Shown here piece by piece: positions 1 to 7,943 of a DNA stretch of 60,008 nucleotides. The stretch lies in NCBI GenBank assembly GCA_964420145.1, contig CAYQRB010000001.1, positions 1 through 60,008 of the forward strand, given 5' to 3'. Numbering within the stretch: position 1 is the stretch's first letter; each line of letters starts with the position of its first letter. Below the pieces are notes generated by a model that made no database searches, was not told the origin of the DNA, and worked only from the letters and a program-made list of their open reading frames with translations. This DNA comes from an uncultured Candidatus Saccharibacteria bacterium (GTDB taxonomy: Bacteria; Patescibacteriota; Dojkabacteria; B142; OLB20). The translations under genes were made by a program, and so were the position numbers.

Positions 1-1
1 T

Positions 2-448
2 TTATATTTTGAACCAGAAAATCAGTGCGTTAACTCACTAGATTGTGAGAATCCAAAAATTAGCTTAAAGCAACATAACTTACGATCCAACACCAACAAA
101 GCACTCTTTAGTAAAACTCAGAAGAACAGGAAATTACCACTTATTAAATTCCCTACTCGACTAAACAAACGATTCGAGTTCGGAATTACAGAGGATCCAC
201 TTGATTATACTTCTGATGTTACTGACGCTATAGAAATCAATCTGGATACCGGCAAATCCAAGAAACTCAATAAAGATCAACTACTGGTAAATACAATCAA
301 AAAGTCCTTACCCGCAAACCACAATAATGCAGAGATTATATCCATAGAAAGCTCCATAAAGTTAGACAAGCCTTACAAAATCAAAATACGAAACCATAAC
401 AACGCAGAGGAAACTATTTATTTAAGTCAAAACACTAAAAACCCATGA
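2..448 (+). CDS. 3' end of an upstream hypothetical protein (partial, open from window edge)
   Basis: Frame 2 is open from nt 2 to TGA at 446-448. The stop overlaps the next start (ATGA 445-448), suggesting one operon. No domain recognised. Confidence 0.4.
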   Translation, partial: LYFEPENQCVNSLDCENPKISLKQHNLRSNTNKALFSKTQKNRKLPLIKFPTRLNKRFEFGITEDPLDYTSDVTDAIEINLDTGKSKKLNKDQLLVNTIKKSLPANHNNAEIISIESSIKLDKPYKIKIRNHNNAEETIYLSQNTKNP

Positions 449-1179
449 AAAAACCTATCTTATTTCTTGTGATAGCTGGATTATCCCTGTATTTACTCTT
501 ATCTCCAGTTAGTGCGATAAGTGATCCTACAAACTATCCGTACAAAAACTCCCCCAAAGGACAGGTTGATAAATGGGCTTTTTACACTCGTTATTGTACT
601 TCGTATTCTGCTTATAGAGGAAGTCTTATAGTTGCAAACTTTCACAATACTATGAAAGGTCCCAACGGGAAATTCGGTAATTTTGGCAATGCTAATAACT
701 GGGACAATAACGCTAGGAATATAGGCTATACTGTTACAACAACACCTACTGCCGGAGCTATAGCAGTTTGGGAAGCAAGAGCAGGTAACTCTGGATCTGT
801 CGGGCATGTAGCTTATGTTGAAAAAGTAAATTCAAATAATACTTTTAATATTTCTGAATATAACTGGAACTATGGTGATGGAAATTATAATATTAGAAAT
901 AACTTATCTGTTATTTCAGGATTGAGTTTTATAGTGTTAGGAAATCCAAACAATACCTGTCTCCCACCCACACAAGGAGATTGGGTTATAGATGGAGGCA
1001 AAAACTGTGAGTTATCCAGCAACACCACACTTACTGGAAACCTCACTATCACAGATAATAGTAGCCTCACTCTCAAAGGAAACACACAACTAAATATAAA
1101 TCTGAAAGATAATAAAATAGAAGTTAAAAATAACAGTAATTTATACATCAAAGATAGTGCGAGAATAAACCAATTATGA
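445..1179 (+). CDS. secreted CHAP-domain peptidoglycan hydrolase with beta-helix-like C-terminal repeats
   Basis: Signal peptide MKKPILFLVIAGLSLYLLLSPVSA. CHAP-type Cys context YTRYCTSYSAYR and His context GHVAYVEKV...ISEYNW. C-terminal N/T-rich repeats NTTLTGNLTITDNSSLTLKGNTQLNINL. Confidence 0.75.
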   Translation: MKKPILFLVIAGLSLYLLLSPVSAISDPTNYPYKNSPKGQVDKWAFYTRYCTSYSAYRGSLIVANFHNTMKGPNGKFGNFGNANNWDNNARNIGYTVTTTPTAGAIAVWEARAGNSGSVGHVAYVEKVNSNNTFNISEYNWNYGDGNYNIRNNLSVISGLSFIVLGNPNNTCLPPTQGDWVIDGGKNCELSSNTTLTGNLTITDNSSLTLKGNTQLNINLKDNKIEVKNNSNLYIKDSARINQL

Positions 1180-1844
1180 AAACCAAAATCATATTATTTA
1201 CAAGTATTTTTATCCTTATGATCGGTAGTGTATTTTTATGGCGGGAAGATAGTCTGAAGCACATCTTTTCACCAAATTTACAAAAACCACCTACCTATAC
1301 CAGTAACATAAACACAACACAACCAGAACGCCTATCTCCAAGTCTAACACCAGTTTTAACCATCTCTCCATCCCTATCTTTAGGGTGGAAAACCTTTAAC
1401 TACAATTTCCCAGACTATAACCCCAATTTTAGTATTGACTATCCTGCCAATTGGGAAACCTTGATCGACTATGAGTCATCTGGAGGTAACGATGTTCGCC
1501 TAAGTAAGGGAACCAGAAAAATTGAGTTTGATACTACAGTCATAGGAGAACACCCCCACGAGGAAGTCCTTAGGTCTTTTTTAACCAACTTCAATTCCTA
1601 TGGATTCAACTTCAAGGTCGAGCTAATCAAAGAAGAGAGTTTAAAATCTGGAGGCTTTCCACAAAGTGTACCCTACTCTATTTATAAACTTTCCAATACT
1701 TCGGAACCTTCTATTAATTACGCTATCATAGCCCAACCATATCATATGGAATACGGTAAAGGCTTTCTTTTGATCTGGGATCGGTCTGGGGAGGACTTGG
1801 AGTTAATAACAGAGATGCTTGAAAGCCTTAAAGTGATTCCCTGA
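1176..1844 (+). CDS. hypothetical membrane-anchored protein
   Basis: ATGA overlap with the CHAP gene stop. N-terminal TM helix IILFTSIFILMIGSVFLW. No recognisable domain. Confidence 0.5.
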   Translation: MKTKIILFTSIFILMIGSVFLWREDSLKHIFSPNLQKPPTYTSNINTTQPERLSPSLTPVLTISPSLSLGWKTFNYNFPDYNPNFSIDYPANWETLIDYESSGGNDVRLSKGTRKIEFDTTVIGEHPHEEVLRSFLTNFNSYGFNFKVELIKEESLKSGGFPQSVPYSIYKLSNTSEPSINYAIIAQPYHMEYGKGFLLIWDRSGEDLELITEMLESLKVIP

Positions 1845-1977
1845 TACACCTCAGGAGTATTATACATTTACCCAAAATCTATCTTTTACTCTATAAAAAA
1901 TAATATAAACCTAATTCTGATACGATGTGTATAGACGGACGAAGCTAAACACAAAGATTGGCATAAAACCCAGTACA

Positions 1978-2778
1978 CTACACCGACATAGAAGCTCTTT
2001 TCCCACTCTTTGTCCTCAAAGATTCAAATACTCGTGCGGTTTTATAGTCTTTAGGATAAAACCTCACCAAAATAAATCTATTATCAAATTGAACCTCACT
2101 CATAGTAATCAGTATCGAAAGGGTTTTCCCACAGAACTCATAATAGAAATCATCTCCTAAAGAGAGATCTTCCTCTGTTACCAAATACTCGTGCCAAACT
2201 CGATTAAATAGAGGGTTTTGCTTCAAACGATTTACCTCCTCAATAGTACTTGTTTCTAAACGATATTTACCTATCATTTTTCTGTATCTCCATACCTGTT
2301 TTTTGACAACTTCTAGTAACTTATCTTTAGGAACTTTCTCTATGATTTTCATCTCTGGAGAAAATAGAACCTGCATATAGGTCTCTCCTATCAACAACTT
2401 CCTCTGATCTTCAGAAATATCAAACAGTCTTAAAGTTAAGTCATTGCAATACCATATACGAAATGTTGAATCTATTATATAAGCAGGAAAATCAGTTTCT
2501 GATAAGTTCTTTTTTAATCTATCAATTATACAATCAATATCCCCTCTGGAGGGATACACCGAGTTAAATCCAATAAGATAATTAAACTCTGAGGAATCAA
2601 GGCGTAAAAAGGTAGATATTCTATTTAGTGTTTCTTTAGTAGGATTTATTACATTGTTTTCTATCCTACTTATAGTACCAAAAGAAAGTCCTGTTTCAAT
2701 CTCGACTTTAGTTTGGCTTATTTTTCTATCTTCACGAAAAGCGTACAATTTCCGTCCTAGTGGAAGTTCTTCTATCAT
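1978..2778 (-). CDS. XRE-family helix-turn-helix transcriptional regulator with C-terminal sensor-like domain
   Basis: N-terminal HTH ISQTKVEIETGLSFGTISRIENNVINPTKETLNRISTFL is typical of Cro/C1-XRE. A further ~190 aa C-terminal domain is of unknown type. Confidence 0.75.
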   Translation of the reverse strand: MIEELPLGRKLYAFREDRKISQTKVEIETGLSFGTISRIENNVINPTKETLNRISTFLRLDSSEFNYLIGFNSVYPSRGDIDCIIDRLKKNLSETDFPAYIIDSTFRIWYCNDLTLRLFDISEDQRKLLIGETYMQVLFSPEMKIIEKVPKDKLLEVVKKQVWRYRKMIGKYRLETSTIEEVNRLKQNPLFNRVWHEYLVTEEDLSLGDDFYYEFCGKTLSILITMSEVQFDNRFILVRFYPKDYKTARVFESLRTKSGKRASMSV

Positions 2779-2883
2779 AGATATTAGGACTCGTTTCGTG
2801 TCTAACTAGACAACGAACAAAGGAAATTGATATATAACTAAACGGATTATATATAAGAAAGGAATTCTTGTAATTGTACCGCA

Positions 2884-2909
2884 ACGCAAATTTCTGTACT
2901 AATTTGCGT
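2884..2909. promoter_or_regulatory. perfect 9-bp inverted repeat (ACGCAAATT-N8-AATTTGCGT), either a terminator hairpin of the upstream pilin-like gene or an operator of the XRE regulator
   Basis: Seen directly. It lies 8 nt after the stop of the 2918-3376 gene and about 105 nt upstream of the XRE gene start. No U-tract follows. Confidence 0.3.
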
Positions 2910-2917
2910 ACTAAGAA

Positions 2918-3376
2918 TTAAGGAGTACATACTTCTGCGAAGAAAAACCTAAAAACTGGATTTCTAGAAAATTCAACATAACAATCAGATCCACCTCCTA
3001 CCATTACTGCTAAAACATTACCAACTATTACCCACGATAAATAATACAGAGCAAATCCAAGAACCCACTTCCCAAATCGTTTTTTTGCATCTTCTATCTT
3101 GCTTACATCGTCTGTAAAATACAGTCGTGCAATATTTATAAAATACCCCATCCACAGAAACCCACCCAAAGCCCAGGCAGTAACTAACAAATTCACAAAA
3201 ATAAACTCGAACTGCTGTAAAGTAGGTGGACGGCAATTCTCATCTACACTATCTATAGGACAATTCTCCACAAATCCGGTATCTCCTCCCTGAGCCATAA
3301 CAGGAAAGATAGGAATCCCCAAAATAAACAAGAGTAATACAACTGTAACATAGAGCACTAGTATGTTTTTTTTCAT
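2918..3376 (-). CDS. VirB2/TrbC-like two-helix pilin-family membrane protein (152 aa paralog)
   Basis: Signal peptide ending VMAQGG. Cys-containing N-terminal segment. Core is helix - loop TDDVSKIEDAKKRFGK - helix, matching the module shared by the upstream array. Confidence 0.55.
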   Translation of the reverse strand: MKKNILVLYVTVVLLLFILGIPIFPVMAQGGDTGFVENCPIDSVDENCRPPTLQQFEFIFVNLLVTAWALGGFLWMGYFINIARLYFTDDVSKIEDAKKRFGKWVLGFALYYLSWVIVGNVLAVMVGGGSDCYVEFSRNPVFRFFFAEVCTP

Positions 3377-3426
3377 AAGCTTTCTAAATAATACCTAAAG
3401 ATATAATAAGCTATAATCAAAACAAA

Positions 3427-3465
3427 GAAAAGAAAAAGGCTATCAAAGATAGCCTTTTATTTTTT
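3427..3465. terminator. bidirectional rho-independent terminator hairpin
   Basis: AAGGCTATC-AAA-GATAGCCTT (3436-3456) flanked by T-runs on both strands. It sits 36 nt downstream of the 182-aa gene stop. Confidence 0.55.
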
Positions 3466-3501
3466 ATCATAAACTATTTACTGTTCGTTTTATCCGTGTG
3501 T

Positions 3502-4050
3502 TTAGATTGTTCTATTTATACAGTCAGAATCCGTGGGAACACCTGCCTTATATGCCTCCTCACATTTATTACAAGTAGCATCACCAACTCCTCCACTCAT
3601 ACAGGCATCGCAACCCACACTGTTTGGTGCACTCAGGCAAGTCTGAAAAAGTGAGGCATTTGGCTTTGTTGCACCAAAAAATACAAATACCAAAACAATA
3701 CCTACTACACCTATCAACATTGCTGCTATACCCATAAATATGGCCTTAATAGCTTTTTGTGCTTCTTCGATTTTACCTGCATCTCCTTGTGATTGGATAT
3801 ACTTAAAAGCAGCTATCATAGCATATACTACAGCAACCAATACCAACACAGCTAGGGCAATCACTAGACCTACACGAACTCTACTTGTCAGGAATACCGA
3901 TGTTTGAGTCCCATCTGGACCCATAAGATCAAAAATCCCGGTAATTTCTTCAGGTAAAAGTGATGCTCCCCAAACTCCTTGTGGTAAAAGTACCAAAGCA
4001 GATAACACAAAACCGATACCTACTAATACTGATAAGACTCTATCTTTCAT
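3502..4050 (-). CDS. VirB2/TrbC-like pilin-family protein with C-terminal Cys-rich domain (182 aa)
   Basis: Signal peptide. Core TSRVRVGLVIALAVLVLVAVVYAMIAAFKYIQSQGDAGKIEEAQKAIKAIFMGIAAMLIGVVGIVLVFVFF. C-terminal CLSAPNSVGCDACMSGGVGDATCNKCEE...C. Confidence 0.6.
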   Translation of the reverse strand: MKDRVLSVLVGIGFVLSALVLLPQGVWGASLLPEEITGIFDLMGPDGTQTSVFLTSRVRVGLVIALAVLVLVAVVYAMIAAFKYIQSQGDAGKIEEAQKAIKAIFMGIAAMLIGVVGIVLVFVFFGATKPNASLFQTCLSAPNSVGCDACMSGGVGDATCNKCEEAYKAGVPTDSDCINRTI

Positions 4051-4080
4051 TATTATTAAATTAAAAGAATAAAATATAAA

Positions 4081-4362
4081 TTATCTACATAAATTATTAA
4101 ACTGTATTTGCTCCCCCGGGTCAAGTGTCTCTCCTCCTGAAATTCTCGTAGAAAAAGTTTCACAAGTATTACAGTTTCCACCAGCTAAACCATCGACTTT
4201 ACAGCTATCACACCCCGGGCTATCTGGAGCACTTAGGCAAGTTTGAAATAGATTTGGTTCTACTGAACCGGCTCCAAAAAACACAAATACCAAAACCACC
4301 CCGACAATGACGAATAACACAAGACCTATACCTACTAATACTAACAAGACTCTATTTTTCAT
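4081..4362 (-). CDS. truncated/chimeric pilin-array paralog (93 aa) with a signal-anchor fused directly to a Cys-rich domain
   Basis: The N-terminus MKNRVLLVLVGIGLVL resembles that of the 182-aa gene. The rest (VLVFVFFGAGSVEPNLFQTCLSAPDSPGCDSC...QFNNLCR) is a near copy of the C-terminus of the 189-aa gene. The central helix-loop core is missing. Confidence 0.5.
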   Translation of the reverse strand: MKNRVLLVLVGIGLVLFVIVGVVLVFVFFGAGSVEPNLFQTCLSAPDSPGCDSCKVDGLAGGNCNTCETFSTRISGGETLDPGEQIQFNNLCR

Positions 4363-4382
4363 TACAAAGAATAGAATATAAA

Positions 4383-4952
4383 TTATCTACATAAGTTATT
4401 AAACTGTATTTGCTCACCTGGATCAAGTGTCCCTCCTCGTGAAATTCTTGTAAAGAAAGTTTCACAAGTATTACAATTTCCACCAGCTATCCCCTCAGCT
4501 CTACAACTATCACACCCCAGGCTATTGGGAGCACTTAGGCAAGTTTGAAATAGATTTGGTTCTACTGGACTGGCTCCAAAAAACACAAACACCAAAATCA
4601 CCCCAACAATGGCGATCATCATCGCAGCAATCCCAAAAAATATTGCCTTAATAGCTTTTTGTGCTTCTTCAATTTTCCCAGGATCACCTTGAGATTGTAT
4701 ATACTTAAATGACGCTACCAACGCATACACAACAGCAACCACAATAATCAATCCTAGCGCAATAAACAAAGCTACTCGTACCCTACTAGTAATAAATGCA
4801 GCAGTACCAGTTCCTTGTGGACCAAGTAAATCAAAAATATCTAAGATTTGCCCCGGTAAAAAAGACGGATCTATCTGTGCGTAAGCACTAACGGGAAAAA
4901 GACTTAGCATGAATAAGATAATTAAGAGGCTAACTAGTATATATTTTTTCAT
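4383..4952 (-). CDS. VirB2/TrbC-like pilin-family protein with C-terminal Cys-rich domain (189 aa)
   Basis: Signal peptide ending VSAYAQ. The core is nearly identical to the 182-aa paralog (FKYIQSQGDPGKIEEAQKAIKAIFFGIAAMMI). C-terminal CLSAPNSLGCDSCRAEGIAGGNCNTCETF...NNLCR. Confidence 0.6.
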   Translation of the reverse strand: MKKYILVSLLIILFMLSLFPVSAYAQIDPSFLPGQILDIFDLLGPQGTGTAAFITSRVRVALFIALGLIIVVAVVYALVASFKYIQSQGDPGKIEEAQKAIKAIFFGIAAMMIAIVGVILVFVFFGASPVEPNLFQTCLSAPNSLGCDSCRAEGIAGGNCNTCETFFTRISRGGTLDPGEQIQFNNLCR

Positions 4953-5013
4953 AAACTTCTTACTAAACTAATGAATTCTAAAACAATTCTAAAAAAATAG
5001 CAAAATTATAAAA

Positions 5014-5712
5014 TTAAGGTGCACACTTCATACCACCACCGGAATTCATACACGATAGACCGCCACAACAATCTGCATCAGAGCTACAATGAGAGCCTGC
5101 CCCCTTACATGTACTAGAAGGAACCCCACCCAAAGATTTACTACTGTTTACACTACATCCAGAAGGAGGAGAGGAAGAAAACCTTACCACATCAATATAT
5201 TGTTTCCCTCCATTTTCACAACAAATAACATACATACTGGCTGCAGAAGGATTAGCTTTGCGAAAATCACTTGTCATTTGCATATAGGATATTCTTTTCC
5301 CTCCTTCAACTTTTCCCTGAAAATAAAATCTACCTGAAGCAGGACCTCCACTCGCACATTGCTGAAGGTTATCGACCCAGTTCCAAGGAGCACCAACACC
5401 TACAAATACCCCGACCAAAGAAATAACTGCAAAAAATAGAAGAAAATAAGTAATACCTATCCATACACTTTTAATAGTTTTCCAACCCTTTTCGATTTTT
5501 TGAGTATCTCCAAGACTAGAAATAATACTATAACCACCATAAAGAGAAAAACCAACCCAAACAATTACCAGAATAGTTATAAAAACAACTAAGCCCTGTC
5601 CAATAGCAGAGAAAATCCCTTTCTCAAAAAATCCTCCATAAGAAGGGAGATCTAAGAATATTTCTGAATCGGGAATTCCGACTTGATTGTATATACCAGT
5701 TAATTTATCCAT
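5014..5712 (-). CDS. pilin-family paralog (232 aa) with large C-terminal Cys-rich domain ending in a knottin-like motif
   Basis: No cleavable signal peptide is apparent. Core LVVFITILVIVWVGFSLYGG...SLGDTQKIEKGWKTIKSVWIGITYFLLFFAVISLVGVF. C-terminal CKGAGSHCSSDADCCGGLSCMNSGGGMKC. Confidence 0.55.
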   Translation of the reverse strand: MDKLTGIYNQVGIPDSEIFLDLPSYGGFFEKGIFSAIGQGLVVFITILVIVWVGFSLYGGYSIISSLGDTQKIEKGWKTIKSVWIGITYFLLFFAVISLVGVFVGVGAPWNWVDNLQQCASGGPASGRFYFQGKVEGGKRISYMQMTSDFRKANPSAASMYVICCENGGKQYIDVVRFSSSPPSGCSVNSSKSLGGVPSSTCKGAGSHCSSDADCCGGLSCMNSGGGMKCAP

Positions 5713-5726
5713 TCAACTCATATAAT

Positions 5727-6449
5727 TTAAGGTGCAGGTAATAAACAGTATCTGATATCTGTGCCTCCTGGGCTACGACAAACATAACCAGGTTCACAAA
5801 CAACATATCCGACACCACTACACTGTTTAGAATGTCCAATAACTCTAGGTTGCGGAACAATCGAAATATCAAATAAACTCCCTGTCAAGCCGACAACTAG
5901 TGCTGTAACCTGTACAATTGCAATAAACAAAAAAGTAATTAAAGCACCTAGTACTGCATTTTTCGCTATTGAGGAAGCTTTTTCTATTTTTTCGGTATTG
6001 TCTGACGCAGTAGATCTCTCCCATACCACCCAGAAAGCTATTATTACCTGTACAAAGATTAGAAAGCTAATCACCGCATAAACACCAAGCCTCACAATAG
6101 TCATCATACAGTATGGATCATCTGGAGGCCTTTGTGCTGGGTCGGGACAAAGCTCTATAGAAAACAGATTAAAGGCGGGTCTTACCTTCTTGGGAACCTC
6201 GGGCCACAAACTTGCTGGATCTAGAGTTTTACATACAGAAGGTTGGCCAAATTCACAACTTTTTCCTCCAGTAACACAGCTTCTGGCACAGGTTTTGTTA
6301 CACACGGGATTACGAAAACCCCCACTAGTCGTATATGCTATGCAAGTCGGTTCTGGGACCAACTCATCCGTACCCTGTGCCTCCACCCTATTCCAGAGCA
6401 AAGGAATAAGAAAGAAAAGTATTATTAAAAAAAATAATTTTTTAAACAT
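5727..6449 (-). CDS. pilin-family paralog (240 aa) with Cys-rich domains on both sides of the two-helix core
   Basis: Signal peptide ending RVEAQG. N-terminal domain contains 10 Cys. Core VYAVISFLIFVQVIIAFWVVWERSTASDNTEKIEKASSIAKNAVLGALITFLFIAIVQV. The C-terminal domain has 4 Cys. Confidence 0.55.
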   Translation of the reverse strand: MFKKLFFLIILFFLIPLLWNRVEAQGTDELVPEPTCIAYTTSGGFRNPVCNKTCARSCVTGGKSCEFGQPSVCKTLDPASLWPEVPKKVRPAFNLFSIELCPDPAQRPPDDPYCMMTIVRLGVYAVISFLIFVQVIIAFWVVWERSTASDNTEKIEKASSIAKNAVLGALITFLFIAIVQVTALVVGLTGSLFDISIVPQPRVIGHSKQCSGVGYVVCEPGYVCRSPGGTDIRYCLLPAP

Positions 6450-6802
6450 TAATTTGTAATCAGCTTAATCTCAAATATGGCGGCGATTGTCTGAATTACT
6501 ATAGGAGCTAGTATTATCAATATAAACCCCGTTGTAGAATACATCAATATTTGCATAGATTTTTTAGCTTTTTCTGGATCGGCACCAGCAGTCTGCCTGG
6601 TATAACCCGCATAAAGTACCATCCCTAAATACACAAGAACGGCGAGACTTCTAACCCATCGACTTATCGTATTAACCGCAGTAGGAAAATCTGCAAAAGC
6701 AGGACCAACAGGATTTGGAATATTGCCACCTTGTGCCACAATCAATGTGGGAGAAATCAATAAAACGATACAGATAACAACTATAATTTTTATTTTAGTC
6801 AT
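6449..6802 (-). CDS. minimal VirB2/TrbC-like pilin (117 aa)
   Basis: Signal peptide ending IVAQGG. Two hydrophobic helices are separated by TRQTAGADPEKAKKSMQ. Size and topology match conjugative-type pilins. The stop overlaps the next start (TAATG). Confidence 0.6.
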   Translation of the reverse strand: MTKIKIIVVICIVLLISPTLIVAQGGNIPNPVGPAFADFPTAVNTISRWVRSLAVLVYLGMVLYAGYTRQTAGADPEKAKKSMQILMYSTTGFILIILAPIVIQTIAAIFEIKLITN

Positions 6803-6806
6803 ATTC

Positions 6807-7943
6807 TTAACTTAAAAAATCAAAAGGTAGAATACTAAGTAAATTAATACCCAGGTATCTTAAAATTGGAATAGCAACAGCCAAAGTTACAAGTGCCACG
6901 ATCGCCGAAACTACCATATCTCTTCCTTCTTGATGTTTTGCAGGGTCAGTACTTTGCATATTTACTGCCGCCATCATAATTCTAACTATAGCAAAACCCG
7001 AGAGTAAACCAAACCCTAATTGAAATAGTCGGGTTATAAATGCATCTCTGTCAGTATTAATACAGCCAAGAGAACTATAGACATATGTTTGAGGTTCTCC
7101 TGAATCATTGGGTGGGTTTTTACCAAAACATTCAAAACATCTCTTTCTCTCTACCTCGTCTAAACGCACACACTGTACTACTGCATTATTTAGGTGTGCA
7201 GCATCTTTTTCTTCTTCTGATACCCATTGGCCAGCAAGACAGTATTTAGTATTATCGCCAATTTTTTGACTATCCCTGGCGTAACACAATTTGTCCGTGA
7301 CATTAGATAGGAGTGGGTTCTTATCAGTATTATTTGGTATGATATCACTATTTATATTGGTAAGACAGCCTAACTGTGGACACTCGTAAACAGGACCACT
7401 TCCACCAACAACTGGTGGACCAGCGTTAAAATCCTTATCTATAGATGGAAGACTATCACTTTTATCTGGTGTTGTTGCATTACCATTGACGCTCTCACAA
7501 AGCGTACCAATCCAATTAGGTTGGTATCCAACAGGACAACAAGTAAAAGTTAGTGTACGAGTAATAGGATGACTTATCGGACAACACTTCTTTCCTATTC
7601 TTAATCTCTTAGACATATCCTTATTATATGGTATAGTTAAGCCTTGCGATAAATCACAGTAAGCCATATTGTTACTTTTGATGGTTCCAATTTCAATATT
7701 TTGTGTAGTTAGACAGGCTCTAGCCTTATTAAGAACTTCAATCATTTTTGTTTTATCTTTTCCAAATATTATTCCCCGTATATCATCTGGTCGTATTTGA
7801 CCAGGGCCACAATGAGACACCTCCACCCATGGCGCACCCGGGGGAGGCCCTGGAGGAGGAGGTACTGCTACTTGTGCAGATACCCTACCTAAATTAGGTA
7901 GAAGCAAAAAACAAAAAATTATAAGTACCAGAAGCTTTCTCAT
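6807..7943 (-). CDS. pilin-family paralog (378 aa) with ~300-aa Cys-rich N-terminal ectodomain
   Basis: Signal peptide ending RVSAQV, then PPPPGPPPGAPW. 16 Cys in the ectodomain. C-terminal core FGLLSGFAIVRIMMAAVNMQSTDPAKHQEGRDMVVSAIVALVTLAVAIPIL. The start overlaps the Clp gene stop (ATGA). Confidence 0.55.
   Translation of the reverse strand: MRKLLVLIIFCFLLLPNLGRVSAQVAVPPPPGPPPGAPWVEVSHCGPGQIRPDDIRGIIFGKDKTKMIEVLNKARACLTTQNIEIGTIKSNNMAYCDLSQGLTIPYNKDMSKRLRIGKKCCPISHPITRTLTFTCCPVGYQPNWIGTLCESVNGNATTPDKSDSLPSIDKDFNAGPPVVGGSGPVYECPQLGCLTNINSDIIPNNTDKNPLLSNVTDKLCYARDSQKIGDNTKYCLAGQWVSEEEKDAAHLNNAVVQCVRLDEVERKRCFECFGKNPPNDSGEPQTYVYSSLGCINTDRDAFITRLFQLGFGLLSGFAIVRIMMAAVNMQSTDPAKHQEGRDMVVSAIVALVTLAVAIPILRYLGINLLSILPFDFLS

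Noticed and set aside
499-1151. Minus-strand ORFs 499-807 and 885-1151, and many similar 60-120-aa ORFs in the track antisense to long genes (for example 7992-10067 inside the Clp gene, 11328-12565 inside groEL, 13213-15000, 26149-27075, 50275-52050, 54235-55836)
   Set aside because: They lie entirely within, and antisense to or out of frame with, genes that have strong domain evidence. Their translations are low-complexity and Ser/Leu/Ile-rich, typical of shadow ORFs in AT-rich DNA.
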